DNA of 63,326 nt, filler included, from Intoshia linei (lineage: Eukaryota; Animalia; Orthonectida), in NCBI GenBank assembly GCA_001642005.1. It is 8 parts of 8 records of this genome, joined end to end, with 100 filler letters (N's around TTAATTAATTAA, not from the genome) between each part and the next. Parts side by side here need not be neighbours in the genome. Positions count along the whole stretch, not along the records: positions 31,715 to 41,636 come from LWCA01001325.1; positions 41,737 to 50,471 come from LWCA01001423.1; positions 50,572 to 52,500 come from LWCA01002457.1; positions 52,601 to 61,046 come from LWCA01001455.1; 4 more parts are not named here. One strand, written 5' to 3'. Of the stretch, positions 41,031-55,887 are shown piece by piece; position 1 is the stretch's first letter; each line of letters opens with the position of its first letter. The notes below the pieces were generated by a model, which saw nothing but the letters and a program-made list of their open reading frames with translations, was not told where the DNA came from and searched no databases. A program made the translations under genes and the position numbers.

Positions 41031-41412
41031 ATGAATTTTGTAATCTTTGGTCTCTCAATCTTTCTTTCTGTTACCGGTACACCCTTTATTCAATAGTATA
41101 TAACATTTGATTCCATTTTAGATTCTAAACAATATTGCTTGCTTGAAAAATTTTATGCAAATTGTCAACCAAATCTCATATTAATTAAACATGCCAATTT
41201 CGGGCGTATGTCACCTGGTAAATGTATTACTGCGCAAAATCCTGCTTCAATAGGGTGTAAAACTGATGTTATTCATTTTGTGGATTCAATTTGTTCAGGA
41301 AACCAAAATTGCTCATTTTTCGTTTCAGATATTGAACGATATATAATGAACGATCATTGCCAATCTATTGATTACAAATCATACCTTGAACTTACCTATC
41401 GATGTCTACCAG
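41031..41412 (+). CDS. Secreted SUEL (rhamnose/galactose-binding) lectin-domain protein, partial
   Basis: Signal-peptide exon 41031-41076 (MNFVIFGLSIFLSVT) and exon 41122-41412 with C..F.ANC...LILIKHANFGRM..GKC...GCKTDV...DSICSG.QNC...C...YKSYLELTYRC. Ends at a GT donor; downstream exons are lost at the spacer. Confidence 0.8.
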
Positions 41413-41564
41413 GTACTTTTTTAGTCATTTTAAATCTATCATGTATAATTTAATTTAGTTTTCTTTAAAAATTAACATTAATCAAATATTTAGGTCCCGT
41501 CATAATCCAAATTTAACAGATACACAATATGAGTCTTTTAGGGTTGTTGAGTTTTTATATAAAA

Positions 41565-41636
41565 CTAGGTTGACAGTTATGTACTACGTACAAACAGCAC
41601 CTAGCTCTGCCGAGAGCAAATTTTTATTCTACCAAA
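41565..41636 (-). mobile_element. Helitron 3' end, reverse orientation, cut by spacer
   Basis: ctaggttgacagttatgtactacgtacaaacagcacctagctctgccgag is the reverse complement of the Helitron terminus. Confidence 0.8.
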
Positions 41637-41736
41637 NNNNNNNNNNNNNNNNNNNNNNNNNNNNNNNNNNNNNNNNNNNNTTAATTAATTAANNNNNNNN
41701 NNNNNNNNNNNNNNNNNNNNNNNNNNNNNNNNNNNN

Positions 41737-41948
41737 CAGATATGAACCCAATCGAAAATGTGTGGGCACAATTGAAAGAGGAAGTTCATATAATTCCAAT
41801 AAGATCAAAATCGCAATTGATTATTCGACTATATACAGTATGGAACAGTTCTCCTAATTTGAAAAAACTGGCAAAAGACTGTATTAATAATATGTCACGG
41901 AGAATTATGGCTCTCATACATGCTAAAGGAGGTGTTACAAAATATTAA
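41737..41948 (+). pseudogene. Tc1 transposase C-terminal fragment
   Basis: DMNPIENVWAQLK...NMSRRIMALIHAKGGVTKY*. Confidence 0.85.
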
Positions 41949-42221
41949 TTAATTTCAATTAAACATAAATATATGTGTAACTTATATTAAAAATTTTATT
42001 TAATTTCATCTACTCATTAGTGAATTAGTAATCACAGAATATGTAAAAAGCAATTATTATAATGTTATGATCAACACTGTATATAAATATTAACGTAAAT
42101 TATAAGAGTCATTATTGACTAGGGACTTACTACTTTCAACTCTGGTGTATATCATACCCAACTGGTTGCCAATTGTCAATTAATGTTTTATGTATTTGAT
42201 TTATTTTAATAATTATTTTAG

Positions 42222-44797
42222 GCAGTTTAATATGTACGCTAATGTACGTCCATGCAAATCTTTACCGGGATATGATACCTTGTATAATAATGTTAATGTT
42301 GTCACTATACGTGAGAACACCGAGGGAGAATACAGTGGTATTGAACATTGTGTAAGAGTACTTTATAGAGGCCTTCAAGGGATTCCGATAAACATTACAA
42401 TTTAATTATGTTGTATATTTTTGTCTGAGCACAAAAAACCAAGGTTGACTATACGGTATGATCAGATCGAAGCCAAAACTGACTTTTTTGACTTTAGTCT
42501 ACCATTTTACCAGACAATTATTAATAACGTTAATGAATTTAACAGTGGAGTCTTTACTATTCGCCAATTCCGTTATTAACTCAAAAAAACATTAAAAAAC
42601 TTACTTCTTTTTTACGAAATTGCTCTTATTCATTAGTTTCCATTATTAGCCAACAATTTTCAAAAAACATAACGACTAGCGAACAGTAGTATGAAATGTA
42701 TTGAGTTATAGCGAAAAGGTATAAATATATGTCGAACTAGATAATTGATAAATTACAGAACTCAGAAATGTAGATAAAATATTATTTCCAGTATTACCAG
42801 GTATTCCAACAATATACTAAGACTTTAAAAATGAAATAACATTTAATGTGAAATAACTGGTCCATGGTAAAATAAATTTGGAAACCATACATTTAAATGA
42901 TTTGTAATACTAACTAAAGTAATTGATAGATGTTTATGTAATATTATATTATTTAATTCATTTTTTGATAAAATTAAAAAGTCTACCCTGGACAGAGCTA
43001 GGTACTGATTGTACAAAGGAGGTGACTGTCAAGCTATTTTGTATAATAAAAATATACAAAGTTTGGGATAAAATAAAATTTGAAAACATGAACACGAATA
43101 CAACCTTTAAATACATAATTTGATTCTTCCAAGATTAACTACATTGTAGTGAGATTTTATTTGTAGTTCAATTTAAACAAGGAAATTGAAAAAATTATAC
43201 ATGAAGATAAGAATTTAGAATTATCGAAGTTATGCAGCACGTTGAAATACTAAAATTTGTTTTAATAGTATAATTACAATACTCAAATTTGATGTATTCT
43301 TTTATTTTAACTTAAAGTAATGTTAACTTATTTAAATTTATTAGTTGATTGACATTTACTAAATAATTATACATTTTACTGTGTAAATTGGGTTGTTGAC
43401 CCTGAAGGATATAATTTCGGAATGTAAAATTTGCGATACTGCTCCACCCTCGAAAAACTGTATTAAAATTTCTGTTTTTTTAAATTCTGGGACTGTTTAT
43501 TTTTCAAGTAAACGGTACCACACAGACATTCAATTTTATATAAGTAAAGATTATTGCAAAACTATATTTTTGGCTTAAAATTATCTTTAGTAAACTGATA
43601 GTACAAGTTTTTTTTCGTCAGACTGGATATAGAATAGTGGAGGCTTCACTGTATATTTATTAACTTTGGTCAACAGGAAATTTAACATTTTGTTAAGATT
43701 TAAATTTTTTTTTGATTGAACTGCATTACTGGATTAAAATTTATAATTTTATAATTTCTACGCATTCTTTACAGGGCTCTAGTGCTGATAATCATACATT
43801 TTAGTTATTATTGAAATTTTTACATAGATATCGGATGGAGTTGTACAGAGTATAAAATTAATAACTAGAGAAGCGTCTATGAGAGTAGCTGAATACGCTT
43901 TTAAATATGTACGTGATAATAAACGAAAATCTATTGTTGCTGTTCACAAATCAAATGTCATGTAATGATTTATGCCGAATCTACAATTCAAAAAATATTT
44001 AGGCGTATGTCGGATGGTTTATTTTTGCAGTGTTGTCGTGACGTTGCCCAAAAATACAGGGATATTGAATTTAAGGAAATGTATTTGGATGTAGTATGTA
44101 TGAAGGTAATTTAAAATATTTCTCTAACTTTATTAAGTTTTTCACGTTAAAGTAAAAATTTATGCATTATATTATAATGTAGATGGTTATGGATCCTAGC
44201 GAATTTGATGTTTTGGTTATGCCAAATTTATATGGTGACATTTTGAGGTATAGAATTTACTAACAATTAATTTTATAAAATTTTTCAATGTATTTGTTTT
44301 AGTGATTTGTGTGCTGGGTTAATTGGTGGTTTGGGTGTAACTCCAAGCGGAAATATTGGATCAGATATTGCCTTGTTTGAATCGGTTAATTTTACATTTT
44401 TTATAGTGCATCAAGCGTATAACGTAGATTTATGTACTTTTATGCTTAAATGCTTTTATCGTAAATTTTACTAGTGGTTAATTTATTTTACTGTAAAATG
44501 TTCATGTAATGTATTTGTAGGTACATGGAACAGCGCCAGACATTGCAGGCTTAGATTTTGCTAATCCTGCAGCTCTATTACTGAGTTCAGTTATGATGTT
44601 GAGGCACATGAAGTTATACGATTATGCTAATAAAATTGAAAAGAGTTGTTTTGAAACCATTGCAGATAAGGTATTTTAATTTTTTATCAAATTTATATTT
44701 TACAAAAATTTAGACTTTAACCAAAGACCTAGGAGGTAATGCTACTTGCTCAGAATTCACAGACGCCATTTGTAAAAGATTAGAAAATTTAGATTAA
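42222..44797 (+). CDS. IDH3A: NAD-dependent isocitrate dehydrogenase subunit alpha, N-terminus missing
   Basis: [102 protein letters not shown]; stop at 44795-44797. Confidence 0.95.
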
Positions 44798-46469
44798 TTT
44801 TTGCCAATACATTTTAATTTATTTGTTTCCTTTTATTTAACTTTTTCATTAATGAATTTAGTCTATAAATTATGCATTTACACTGTTTTACAGTTAATAT
44901 GTCTAAAATTCTATCACTCACTAATTATAACTACTAAACGTCAAATAAAATCGGATCGGAAAATTTTTTCATTATTGTCAAATTTATAAAAGTAAAATCT
45001 TTTCATAGTGCCCCGTGGTGGTGATAATCTCACAACGAAAAGACACTACGATTATTTAAGTTGTGTCAATAAGAATTTATTACATGAAATAATTATAATT
45101 TGAGTTTGTTTATTTGCAAATTTATATTATGAATCATTAACATTTAATTATTTACATTTGAAATTAATATACACTAAAATTCAAATTAAAAATATACATT
45201 ATAGATATTGCGTGCAAATAAACACAACATGTGATATATATTCACACTACATTTACACGTAAAATTTAAACATCACTTTGATATTAAAAAATGAATCTAC
45301 ACATTTTGGTGTTATTTATATTCGCATGGCTGGGATTGTGCTATAATCAATTAGAGATAGGTCCAATTATTTCTCGTAAAGGTAATATTATAAGGTTACA
45401 TGAAAAGTTAAATGATTACACAAATTTTAAAACAAAGTGAGCCTTTTCATCAGTCGATCCAACTACAGTGAACTGTATATGAAGTAGTTAAATTACATGT
45501 AAAAAATGTCAATATCAAATATAAAATAAGACACCATATATCATAAGCGAAAATAAACAATATTGTATACTAATATTAAAAATATATTACTGTACAATTC
45601 AGACCGAACCCACCATGTTCGAGGCCTTCCGAAAATAAAAAGTAGGTGTCCAAATTTTTTTCGAAAACTATGATTAAAGCCATGTAACCCTAGCCTCTCT
45701 ACGACCCTGCATGGTCTACACGTTGCCGTTTAAATTTGACACACAAAATAGATCTGATATTCAAAAATATTGCATCGCAGCTAAGGCAAGCAGTAAGTTG
45801 AAATAATAAAATTAATCCTGTTTAATCCAATTATTTATTAAATATTAATTAAAATTTTGTTAACTTTCAAATAATGTTTGCTAATCTAGATTAAAAAGTT
45901 TGTGATATACACACATTATGTTTAATCTGATTTTTCAGTGTGTCTTTGCCACTTGTCTTTGGTACATTTAATTTTCTTTTTTTTTCAAAATAATTTTTAT
46001 ATAAAGGAGAATAGTATTTAGGTTGAACCGTTTTGTTTTTATTGCAGCCTAAAATACAAAATTATAATTTAATACAGTGTTTCCAAAAAATTGATTTTGG
46101 TGGACAAAATTTTCAATAACTATTTTTCTATTTTTAGTTTCACTAGGTCTGGATCATGACTTTTATTGGAAATAAATACATACTAAAAATTAATAAATAA
46201 CACTGCATCAAGTTTAATTTTGTCAATTCAATTCACATAAAAGTATATGAATGAATACATCATACAATTTTACATTGTAAAAATAAATTTAAAAGTGAGA
46301 AATTTGGATCTTAACATCTAAAACGCAAATTAACATTTTTTTAATTATTGTTTTGTACACATTACAAAGTATTAATAAAATTTAATACTCGTAGAATACG
46401 AGTCTTAGAATCTTAGCACTCCATATATAATTATAAAAACTATTATAATAGTTTTTATAATATTAAAAA

Positions 46470-48700
46470 ATTACATGTGACAATTGAAATCAACGTTCCA
46501 ATCATAACTGAAATAGTTAAATTGATAAAAGTGTAATTCATTGAATTTACTTGAAATATTTGATGGTTTAATCTAAATAAAATTTTTTATACATATTATA
46601 TACATAAACTTGAACGTATATTTAATAATTTCCAAACAGTTTTTTATTGGAAATGTTTCTTATAGAAATTAATCTCAGAAATTTCTAGTCTCGCCAAATT
46701 ATTGCCTGAAACACATATTACCATTTTATTATACACTATTATAATAATTATTTACTTAGAGTGTGTAATGAATTCGTTAGATACAAATAATTATTACATT
46801 CCATTATAATTTATTTATGGATATTATTTACAGTTTTAGTTAAATTTTATTAATTTAAAATAAAAATTAATCGTTCAATTACAATTTTACATTTTTATCT
46901 TTGCATCCTAATATCTACGTATCAATGTTATTTTAAATATTACAATCAAAATTTGAATATTTACGATATTATTTTAAAAATTTGTGTTACTATAGATTTT
47001 TAAATTTATTTTTAATAAAATTTATTTCATTTAAATTTTTATCATATTTTCTCAAGATTTTGTTACTATCCATTTTTAAATTTAATTTAAATTTAATTTA
47101 AATTTATTGATATTTTGAATAGTTTTGGTAAGTATCGATTTTTATATTTAATTTAATTTTAAATTTATTATGTATGAATTTTCTAATATTTTAATTAAAA
47201 TCAAAATTTCATAAGAAATTTGTGGTATCCAAGACTATATTTGAATATTAATATAATAAAGTTATTGTAAACTTGACTTAAAATGCAAAACTTTACAAAA
47301 TTATATAACACATACAGCAAGTAATAAATGTATTCAAGAAAAAATTAATTTTTAAAATATTTATATAAAAAATATATATATGGTGAGAAAATTGTAAAAC
47401 TTTTAAAATTGAAGTCAGAAGTATTTGAAAAATATAAATGAAAAGGTTCGCTTTGACAACTACTGTTTAATGTAGATGAATGTTTTTACGCAGTACAGAG
47501 AAGACAAGAGTGTCATTTATATAATTTTATATTGTATTAAAATCCGGTTCGGTTATACATTCTTTTTCAAAAAATTCAGAAAATTGATCAGTAATGTATA
47601 TTGTCCATTAAAAAAATTACTTTAAATATTTTCCTATACATAAAATTGATGTGAAAATGATTCCGAGAAAACATCCACAAATTGCACCCTTTAATGATTA
47701 TAATATAAATGTATCCTACAATTTTACAAAATTTAACAGCAAAATACATTTTTAGTTTTTCTTTAAATCAAATTTATATACTTTTAGCAATTTTTTACAT
47801 CTGTTTGTAACTTTTATTATATTTATATTACAATTGCAAATATTTTTATTAATATATTAATAATTTTATTAATAAAATTAGTGAAATAGATTCATTTGTC
47901 AACAGAACCAAACCTAAAAAAGCGAGTATCTACCCAAAATCAAAAATACACCCAGAAAAGTTTCGCAAACGATATGTAATTGCATATCACTTTAAGTAGA
48001 TATGTTGTACCTACCTCTCTAATATCTGGACTGGTTGGTTTAAATTTAGCTTAAAAAAAGTAAAATCTTAACCACTGTAATTAATTATTAGTAAATAATC
48101 CACTCTTATTATGTCTTTGAATAATATGTAATACCCGTAAAAAATGAAACTGGATTTTTCATGTGAGGTTTGTATTTATATTATTTGATTAATTTAAAAT
48201 TGATGATTAATAAGACAGAATCTATTTCCTAGAGTTTATTAATTTAAAAATATTAATTTTTCACACAATTATTTACATTTACAAAAATCTAAGCCGATGT
48301 TGACCTACACTGAAAAATGTACTTTGCTTATATTGTTAATTAATAATATTGATAAAATGTTACGATTCCATTTGTTGGTATAACAAAAATACCCATAACA
48401 ATGAGTGCCATTTGTGCAGAACCAAAAATACCATAAATTGAAAAACATATCTAAGAATATTTTATACGTGTATTTACAAATTCAAATAAACCCATAAAAT
48501 ATTGTCAATGTATGAAACCATATAACAGCACAGTATTAGCAAAGGTCCAATTAAAACAGCTAAAATAATTGTAATATTTAACTAAAATATTGACATAAAA
48601 TACATCCAAAATCCTAAAGTTAATATGTCAACTGCTAAAATGGAGGTTTGTGGCATATCTATTATGATAAAATTGTTTCATCAAAAAAAAGTGAGAGGCA
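46470..48700 (-). CDS. Probable SLC5 sodium:solute symporter (SMVT/NIS-like), partial or degenerate
   Basis: Exons ITIILAVLIGPLL (~48520-48580), ICFSIYGIFGSAQMALIVMGIFVIPTNG (~48365-48450; cf. [21 protein letters not shown].AN..G) and IFQVNSMNYTFINLTISVMIGTLISIVT (~46475-46570; cf. YSLSYLWYS..TVIVGLIVSLLT). Not all exons resolved. Confidence 0.45.
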
Positions 48701-49699
48701 CAAATTTATTGTGTAAAATTGTAAAACTTACATCAATCTCAATTACATCATTTTGGTTGAATACTAATATCAAATGGATGGATACTATCCATCAATTACC
48801 AATATTTTCTTACTTCATTGAAAGTTTGCATGCTTAAAAGACAATGTTTAAACAGGATTTTTAATAACTTTTGAAAAATCCATGCATCATTTTTATTTTT
48901 TTCGTGGTTTCTTATCGATAAAACTATGTTATGCTGGAAAACGTTAAACCTTATGTAGTTCTTAGAATTACCAAATAACGACTAGGTGTATACCATTACC
49001 TTATCATTCGAGATTTTAATATACCATTGTCATTAGCCTAATGTACTAGGTCTTAGATGATGTCTAGAAATGACATCTTTTATGTTAAGCTTTAATACTT
49101 GAATTTAAGGTCAATTCGATGGTTAATTTAAGAAATATCTAAAAAATCAACAAAAACGTCAATGCGAAATTTTACAGAATTCAAACTTATGTCAATAGGC
49201 TAATAAATTTGTGACTTTTTATTAAACTTCACATCTTTGTTGATCATCCATAAAGATTAAATCTGATACACAAAATATAAAAATTATTCAACATAAATTA
49301 ACAACTTAGCATAAGATCGCACACTGTTGTGTAATACGAACTAGGAACTAAATGGTTGCATCAATATGGATGCACAATATTCCATATATACTCCCTCGCA
49401 GCAATTTTGAAATTGGTAGAAACTAGTCTCAGTGAAACTCTAAGTCTCTGAATTTTTATGTATTAATCAGCGAAGCAAGATCTATCATAGGTTAAAAAAA
49501 ATAAAAAAATGGGCCGAATTAATTCGTAGAAATTGACCTTTTTCATTTATATGTAGATAAGAAAGTCTCAACAATTTTGCAAAACAATAAATATAATTAT
49601 TTATTGACATTAAATATATATTATATTCTATACATCTATCAAATTTCCATTATTCATCATAACCTTGTACATATGTGAATTAAATAATTTATGTAGACC

Positions 49700-50471
49700 T
49701 ATAATCAGGTCTTTTTCCTTTAAATTGAGTTCCTGGACAATATGAGATATTTTCTGCCATACAACTATTTTCGAATTAAATTGTTAACCATCATATAGCC
49801 GATTCTTGATAATTGACCATAGATTTTCTATTGGAGATAAATCAGGAGAATAAGGAGGCCAACCAAGTAATTTTATTGATTTAGCAGCAAACCTTTCTTC
49901 TGTTTTTTTGCTCACATAATGTCTAGCATTATCTTGTTGAAAGACAAAGCCAGGAACTATGTTACTTAGTTCAGTAAATACATCTTCAAATAAAATTTTA
50001 ATATACGAATCGCTATTAACAGTATGGTTCAATTTCCTAATCATAACTTTCCCGCAAGATGTTAAACAACTCCAAATCATTATGAATCCACCTGAAAATG
50101 CTCTTTTTCAAAGTTTTAATGGTTTCCACGACATGAGATTATCACTTCCATCTAAAGAAAATCTACATTCATCCGAAAATACGATTTTATCGATATCAAC
50201 CCTATTAAAAAAAGGTCGTACAAAATTTAGGCGGTCATTATTTTATGCATCAGTCAATGTCAGTTTTTGCAATAAACGTCGATACTTCAAACCGCTATCA
50301 TTAAGGCCCCGGGACATTAGTTGCTCTTGAAGGAGCACATCGCATACGGGCAGAAACGGATGTCGATGTAACAACACTTCCAGATTTTTGCACCCTATCA
50401 GCAGACTTTTTAATTAGTTTTTGAACTCTTTCTTTTTTTAAGGTTGTAATTCGCTTCGATTTGATTGATCT
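49700..50471 (-). pseudogene. Tc1/Tc3-like DD34E transposase, decayed
   Basis: FSDECRFSL, MIWSC, VFQQDNARHY, WPPYSPDLSPIENLWSIIK. Confidence 0.9.
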
Positions 50472-50571
50472 NNNNNNNNNNNNNNNNNNNNNNNNNNNNN
50501 NNNNNNNNNNNNNNNTTAATTAATTAANNNNNNNNNNNNNNNNNNNNNNNNNNNNNNNNNNNNNNNNNNNN

Positions 50572-51399
50572 AATATTCTTAAATCCAACCATTTTTATTA
50601 AAAATCAAAATTCACCAATCTTTAAGGGAAAAATCCCAATTTTACAAACTTTAAAAGGAAAAATTTCTGTTTTACCAACTCTAAAAAGAAAAATTCGATT
50701 TTAAAAACCCTTTAGGGAAAATTCCAATTTTACCAAACTTTCAGGGAAAAATCGAGTTTTTGTTTTTGAATTATATCATCCACTACAGACCCAAGTTAAA
50801 ACTGAACTATTAAGATACCATATTATACCTACAACCATATTACAAAAAAATTAGAAATATTCTATGGTGTTGACACCAGAGAATATTTTTTTAAAAGAAC
50901 AAATAGAATGTAATTATGGCAATAGTAGAGTATTGTAATATATTTTACAAAAGGAAATTTTGTCAGTTTCAATTTATACAGAAAATTAAATTTAAATACT
51001 GACAATCCATTATATTAACTGAAAATTCAATATTTCTACTAACAAACCATCTAAAATACTGACACTTTACGGATTAAAATACTGACGCGATAAATACTAG
51101 CCATTTTTAATACAAACATTTTATTGTTTTAAAAAGTTTTTTGTTTCATCAGTTTAACTAAGTATGAAAGCGTTTATAACTTGTTTATCGATAATCTTTC
51201 TACTTGAGAACTTCATTGTGTTTTGTTTGTGATATTGAGTTTTTATGGGATACTCCGAAATTCTGTAAAACATGATTTTTTCCTCAAAGGTTGGTAAAAA
51301 TAGTATTTTCCTTTTAGGGTTGGTAAACAGGAATTTTTCCTGTTAGTGTTAATAAATTTTGATTTTTAGTAAAAATGGTTAGATTTAAGTAGACACCCT
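50572..51399. mobile_element. Foldback element with subterminal ~32-bp tandem repeats
   Basis: cttaaatccaaccatttttattaaaaatcaaaatt and ttttacca..ct..agggaaaa repeats at 50580-50760 are mirrored in reverse at 51270-51399, ending gatttaagtagacaccct. Confidence 0.6.
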
Positions 51400-52600
51400 T
51401 ATAAAATTATCAGTAGTATAAAAATTCATTTATTTTATAAATCAAGCACAGTCTGGGACATTTTGTACACGTACCTTAAATTTGTATAAATGTTTTTTCT
51501 ATTATCGTTATTAATTTCTTTCCCCGTAACACTTTCTTTAGTTCGATATCATACACAAATAGTGACAACCTAACAGTTAGGCTAATTAGTGGTACAATAT
51601 TTGCGTATGGCATAATTTTTAGTTTTAGAATTGAACTTTACTGTAGTTTATTTCAAGTTGACATTTTTAACTACAATGTACAATGTAATTGTATCTCTAA
51701 AAGTCTAATTCAATTATGTAGTTTTGTTGTAATTACATCAAATAAAATAATAATTAGTTTATTTACAATTAATTATGTTACTGCAAATACAATCAATTCA
51801 ATTAAATTGCTTTTTTTGAAAAACTGCAGAACCAACTACAGTCAACCCTCTACTATGTGAACATTTGGGACTCGAATATTTGAGTGTTCATGATTGTAGA
51901 AATCGTGAACAAAAAACTTATTGACATAGTAACCGTAAAATTAAAGTTGATATTATAACAATTCAAAAAAAAATATATAACTTAATTATAGTTTAGTGAG
52001 AAGAATTCTTCATTTTCATTGGTTCATATGAAAACATACATTTTACTTTCTACGCACTGCAGTGCGAGAATAATTACTTTCTATTACCACGTTAATATAG
52101 AAACCATATATCAGTGTATAGAATAATCCATAATATAATATCGTTAAATAATAAAGTTTTTGAAAATAAATTATTTATATATTTCAACATGCATTATATC
52201 ATATTATATATACATATATTATATCATAGCTTGAAATTTTCACACTTATACAAAACTCGTGTGTTGAATGCACTCACTCTTCGAGTTCATTCATTCTGCC
52301 AAACTCGTATTGTAAAGTGAAAATTATGCTCTAGACATGTATATAGCTATTATTAATTTTACATTTTACAAAGATAAATAAATAATAAACATTATTATAA
52401 TAATTATATCAATTCATTTTTTCTTTCTTTGGTACAACCAAAGTATTCAGTTATTTTTGATGATCTTGCCAATTTTTCAGACTTTATTTCCTGCATTAAA
52501 NNNNNNNNNNNNNNNNNNNNNNNNNNNNNNNNNNNNNNNNNNNNTTAATTAATTAANNNNNNNNNNNNNNNNNNNNNNNNNNNNNNNNNNNNNNNNNNNN

Positions 52601-52844
52601 TTACGCAAATGTTAACAAACAAAAAATTAAGATGGAATAATTCACTTTAAAGTATAATGTAATGTGATATGATGGTTCCACCTGAAACAAATTTGGCAAC
52701 AACTCCTTTAAAGGATTGATAATAGTGAATAGTAGGATTGTTAAGTTAGATTTTCAACGTGAATTTATTTTTTTGGTATAATAAAAATGTGCCCTTCAGC
52801 AGATCTAGGTCCTGTTTGTATGTAGTACATAACAGTCAACCTAG
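52601..52844 (+). mobile_element. Helitron 3' portion
   Basis: Same terminal module ending acagtcaacctag|t. Confidence 0.8.
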
Positions 52845-53076
52845 TTATATGTAATAAATATAAAAAGTTTTTTAGAAAGAAATTGTCTCATAATAAATGA
52901 AATAATTAAAAATAGATAGTAAGTGGATTTACATTTTTTGTTATATAAATTATCTAGCAATAAAATGAACATTGTGACCTTCTATGGTTGTAAATTATTT
53001 CATATTGATAAAATGTGGCCCTTCTCAAAAAAGGTTGAGAACCTCTTGTATATAAAAATGAAATAATAATTATAAT

Positions 53077-54689
53077 TTATTTAGACAAGTCGCTAGCTCT
53101 TTTTGTAGCTATTTCTATAGCACACATTAAAGTATTGCGTAGGTTGTGTTCTTCTAACGCCTTGAGCCCTTCAATTGAGGTTCCTGCAGGAGAACATACA
53201 GAATCACGTAAGACTGCAGGATGTTTTCCATTAATCATCAAAGTTTTGGCAGCACCCTAATTAACATTAAATATTGTATTATATTAATATTATTACATAA
53301 ACAGTGTTTGCACTCATCTTAATTGCACTTTCTCTTGACAAACCCATACGTACAGCACCGTCAGCCATAGCTTCAATAATTGTGAAAACCTAGTTAAATT
53401 TAAATAAATCATATTTTTGGTTTAACAATTAACATACTATTGTATTAATTTTCGTTTTAGACTAATAGTTGTTGCTAATTTTTTTATATAGTTAATATAT
53501 TTTTGGAAGTTTGACCTTGGCACTGCTTCCCTGAGTAGCAAATGAAAAATGTTGTCAATACATATGAAAATTTTATTTATTCGTTAACATTCCGAACTGA
53601 TATTATTAATCATTTTAATTAAATTTAAATCTATGGTAGAGGTCAAAATATATCTCAACTCATTAGTCACATTGAAGCATTTCGAAAATTTACTCACTGA
53701 GTATTTCAATAAATTTTAATAAACAGTAATGTTATGTAAATTAACAAATCAATATCAAAAAATTTTTCAATTACAATAAAATCAAAAAACTAAGATGGAA
53801 TGTAATTGAATTAATGCCGTTAAAAAAATTTTTGCAAAATTTATATTTTAGCCTTAATTCGTCAAGTGTTTGAACCACCCGGTGTATATTGATGATATAT
53901 GAATTCTAAATCATGGCTTTAATTTAAAGTTTAAATGATAAAGGCTAAAAATGAAAATTTACAAAAGCTGGACCGCTACCACACAAAGCAGTAATCACAT
54001 CCATTTTATCCTCATCGACAAATTCTGTATAACCAACAGAATCAAACAATTTGGTAATGGCTTCCATTTCATCTTGATTAATTTTTTGTGCGGTACATAT
54101 AGCTGTAGTGCTAAGGTGATTCAAAGCGCAAATATTGGGCATGGCTCTAATAACTTTTTCATTAGGTATTATCTAAAATTAGTGGAAAAATTAATTTACA
54201 AAATTAATTGTTAATAATTAATTGCTCAATGAACATTAAATAAAATTGTATTTCGTAAATCAATAAAACCTTATGCATAGTGTCAGTTTTGATACCAGTA
54301 GCAATTGAAATAATTAGAGAATCGGTAATTATGCTATTCTTAATTTCTTGTAAAACGGGTTCGATGAATTTTGGTTTAACAGAAAGAAAAATTGTGTTGC
54401 TATTTTTAACTGCTTCAATATTGTTTATGGTTGTTTTACAACCCAATTTCTACATAATAAATGTTTTTTAATTATAATGTAGTAAACCTCAAATTCAACA
54501 TGATTTCTTTTATGCGGACCACTCGCCCATATGTTTTCGGGTAGTACCATTTCTTATATACTTTTTAATTATATTTTAATTCATTATTGTTAATAATATT
54601 TAACTATAATTACTGGATGAGATGAATCCTTTGGCTAAAGCCATTGCCATATTTCCAGAGCCCAAAAAAGCTACTTTTAACATCTTCAT
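53077..54689 (-). CDS. PYCR: Pyrroline-5-carboxylate reductase, complete, multi-exon
   Basis: MKMLKVAFLGSGNMAMALAKG, IFLSVKP, IISIATGI, RAMPN, DVITALCGSGPAFV, IEAMADGAVRMGL, HPAVLRDSVCSPAGTSIEGL; stop at 53077-53079. Confidence 0.95.
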
Positions 54690-54919
54690 GTAAAATAAAA
54701 TTTATATAAGTCAATAGTAACAGCGATTATTATCTACGACCTTTAAATTTATTTACATTTAAATTTATAAATATGTATTTTACATCTTTGTTTTAACCTT
54801 GTCAGTTAACTGACTTGATTATTATGACCCATAACCAATATGATTACAATTAAAATATTTTTCAATCTAGACAGATATTCATATCCACAAATTTAAAACA
54901 CTTTTAAACTGAAAAAAAG

Positions 54920-55714
54920 GCTAACTTATGTAAAACTCTTTATTTATGTGTTCGTTTGTCTGTCTATCTGTATGTTATCGTTTATTTCACTAACTAAGAA
55001 ACCTATAATTTTAAAAATTCCACATTTCCATTATAGTTTTTTTCGGAAGTGAAATTAAGATAAATTTCAATATTAAAAACTTACATCTTACTGGTTAAAA
55101 ACTTTAATTAGCATTTTTTCAAAATCAAACGAGTCCTATAGTTTAAAAAAGTATACACTTTGATACAGATTTTAAAATCATGAATATTTTCATAAATTTA
55201 AATTTCTAATCACACAAAAATTACATTATAAATTTCAATTTCAAAAACTTATATATTCATGGTAAAAACCTGAAATTACTCATCCAAACTGATTTAAAAG
55301 CCTTTGTTTGTGTTTCTGTCTGTATGTGCATTATCGATATTTTATAAAATTAAAACAAACCGAATAATCCTACAATTTAAAAAAATATCACATCTAATAC
55401 TGCTTTTTTCAGTTAAAATATATAAAAAGTTTCAATGTTAAGTTAAAGCTATCATGTTCAAAAAAGCAATTTACTGTTTACCCTTTTTTTGGAAAATTAT
55501 TATATTAACAAAACATAATAAACAAATGTATAAAAAAATTTGATTAGTGGTCCCAGAAATTAAAAATAAAAAATAAAAACCATTACTTTAAAAGATTCAT
55601 TTTGATGCATACTGACATTTTTATTTAAATTTTTATTTTTTGATAGAATTAGAAAAGTCGGCCTTGGACAGAGTTAGGTGTTGTTTAATACGAAGTACAA
55701 AACAGCCAAACTAG
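54920..55714 (+). mobile_element. Old Helitron copy
   Basis: ctaacttatgtaaaa and gtctgtct microsatellite start; end ggacagagttaggtgttgttt...acagccaaactag|t. Confidence 0.65.
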
Positions 55715-55887
55715 TACATGTATAATAAATTTACATTTTAACTAAAGAAATTTCATTATTGACCAATTTCTAATCATCATGTCCCGTGTTGTCAATATAC
55801 AATTTATGTTATACACATTAAGCAGTGCGCTATGGATCCATAAAAACAATTATATATTTGGTGTAATTTGAAAAAGTAACGAAAACA

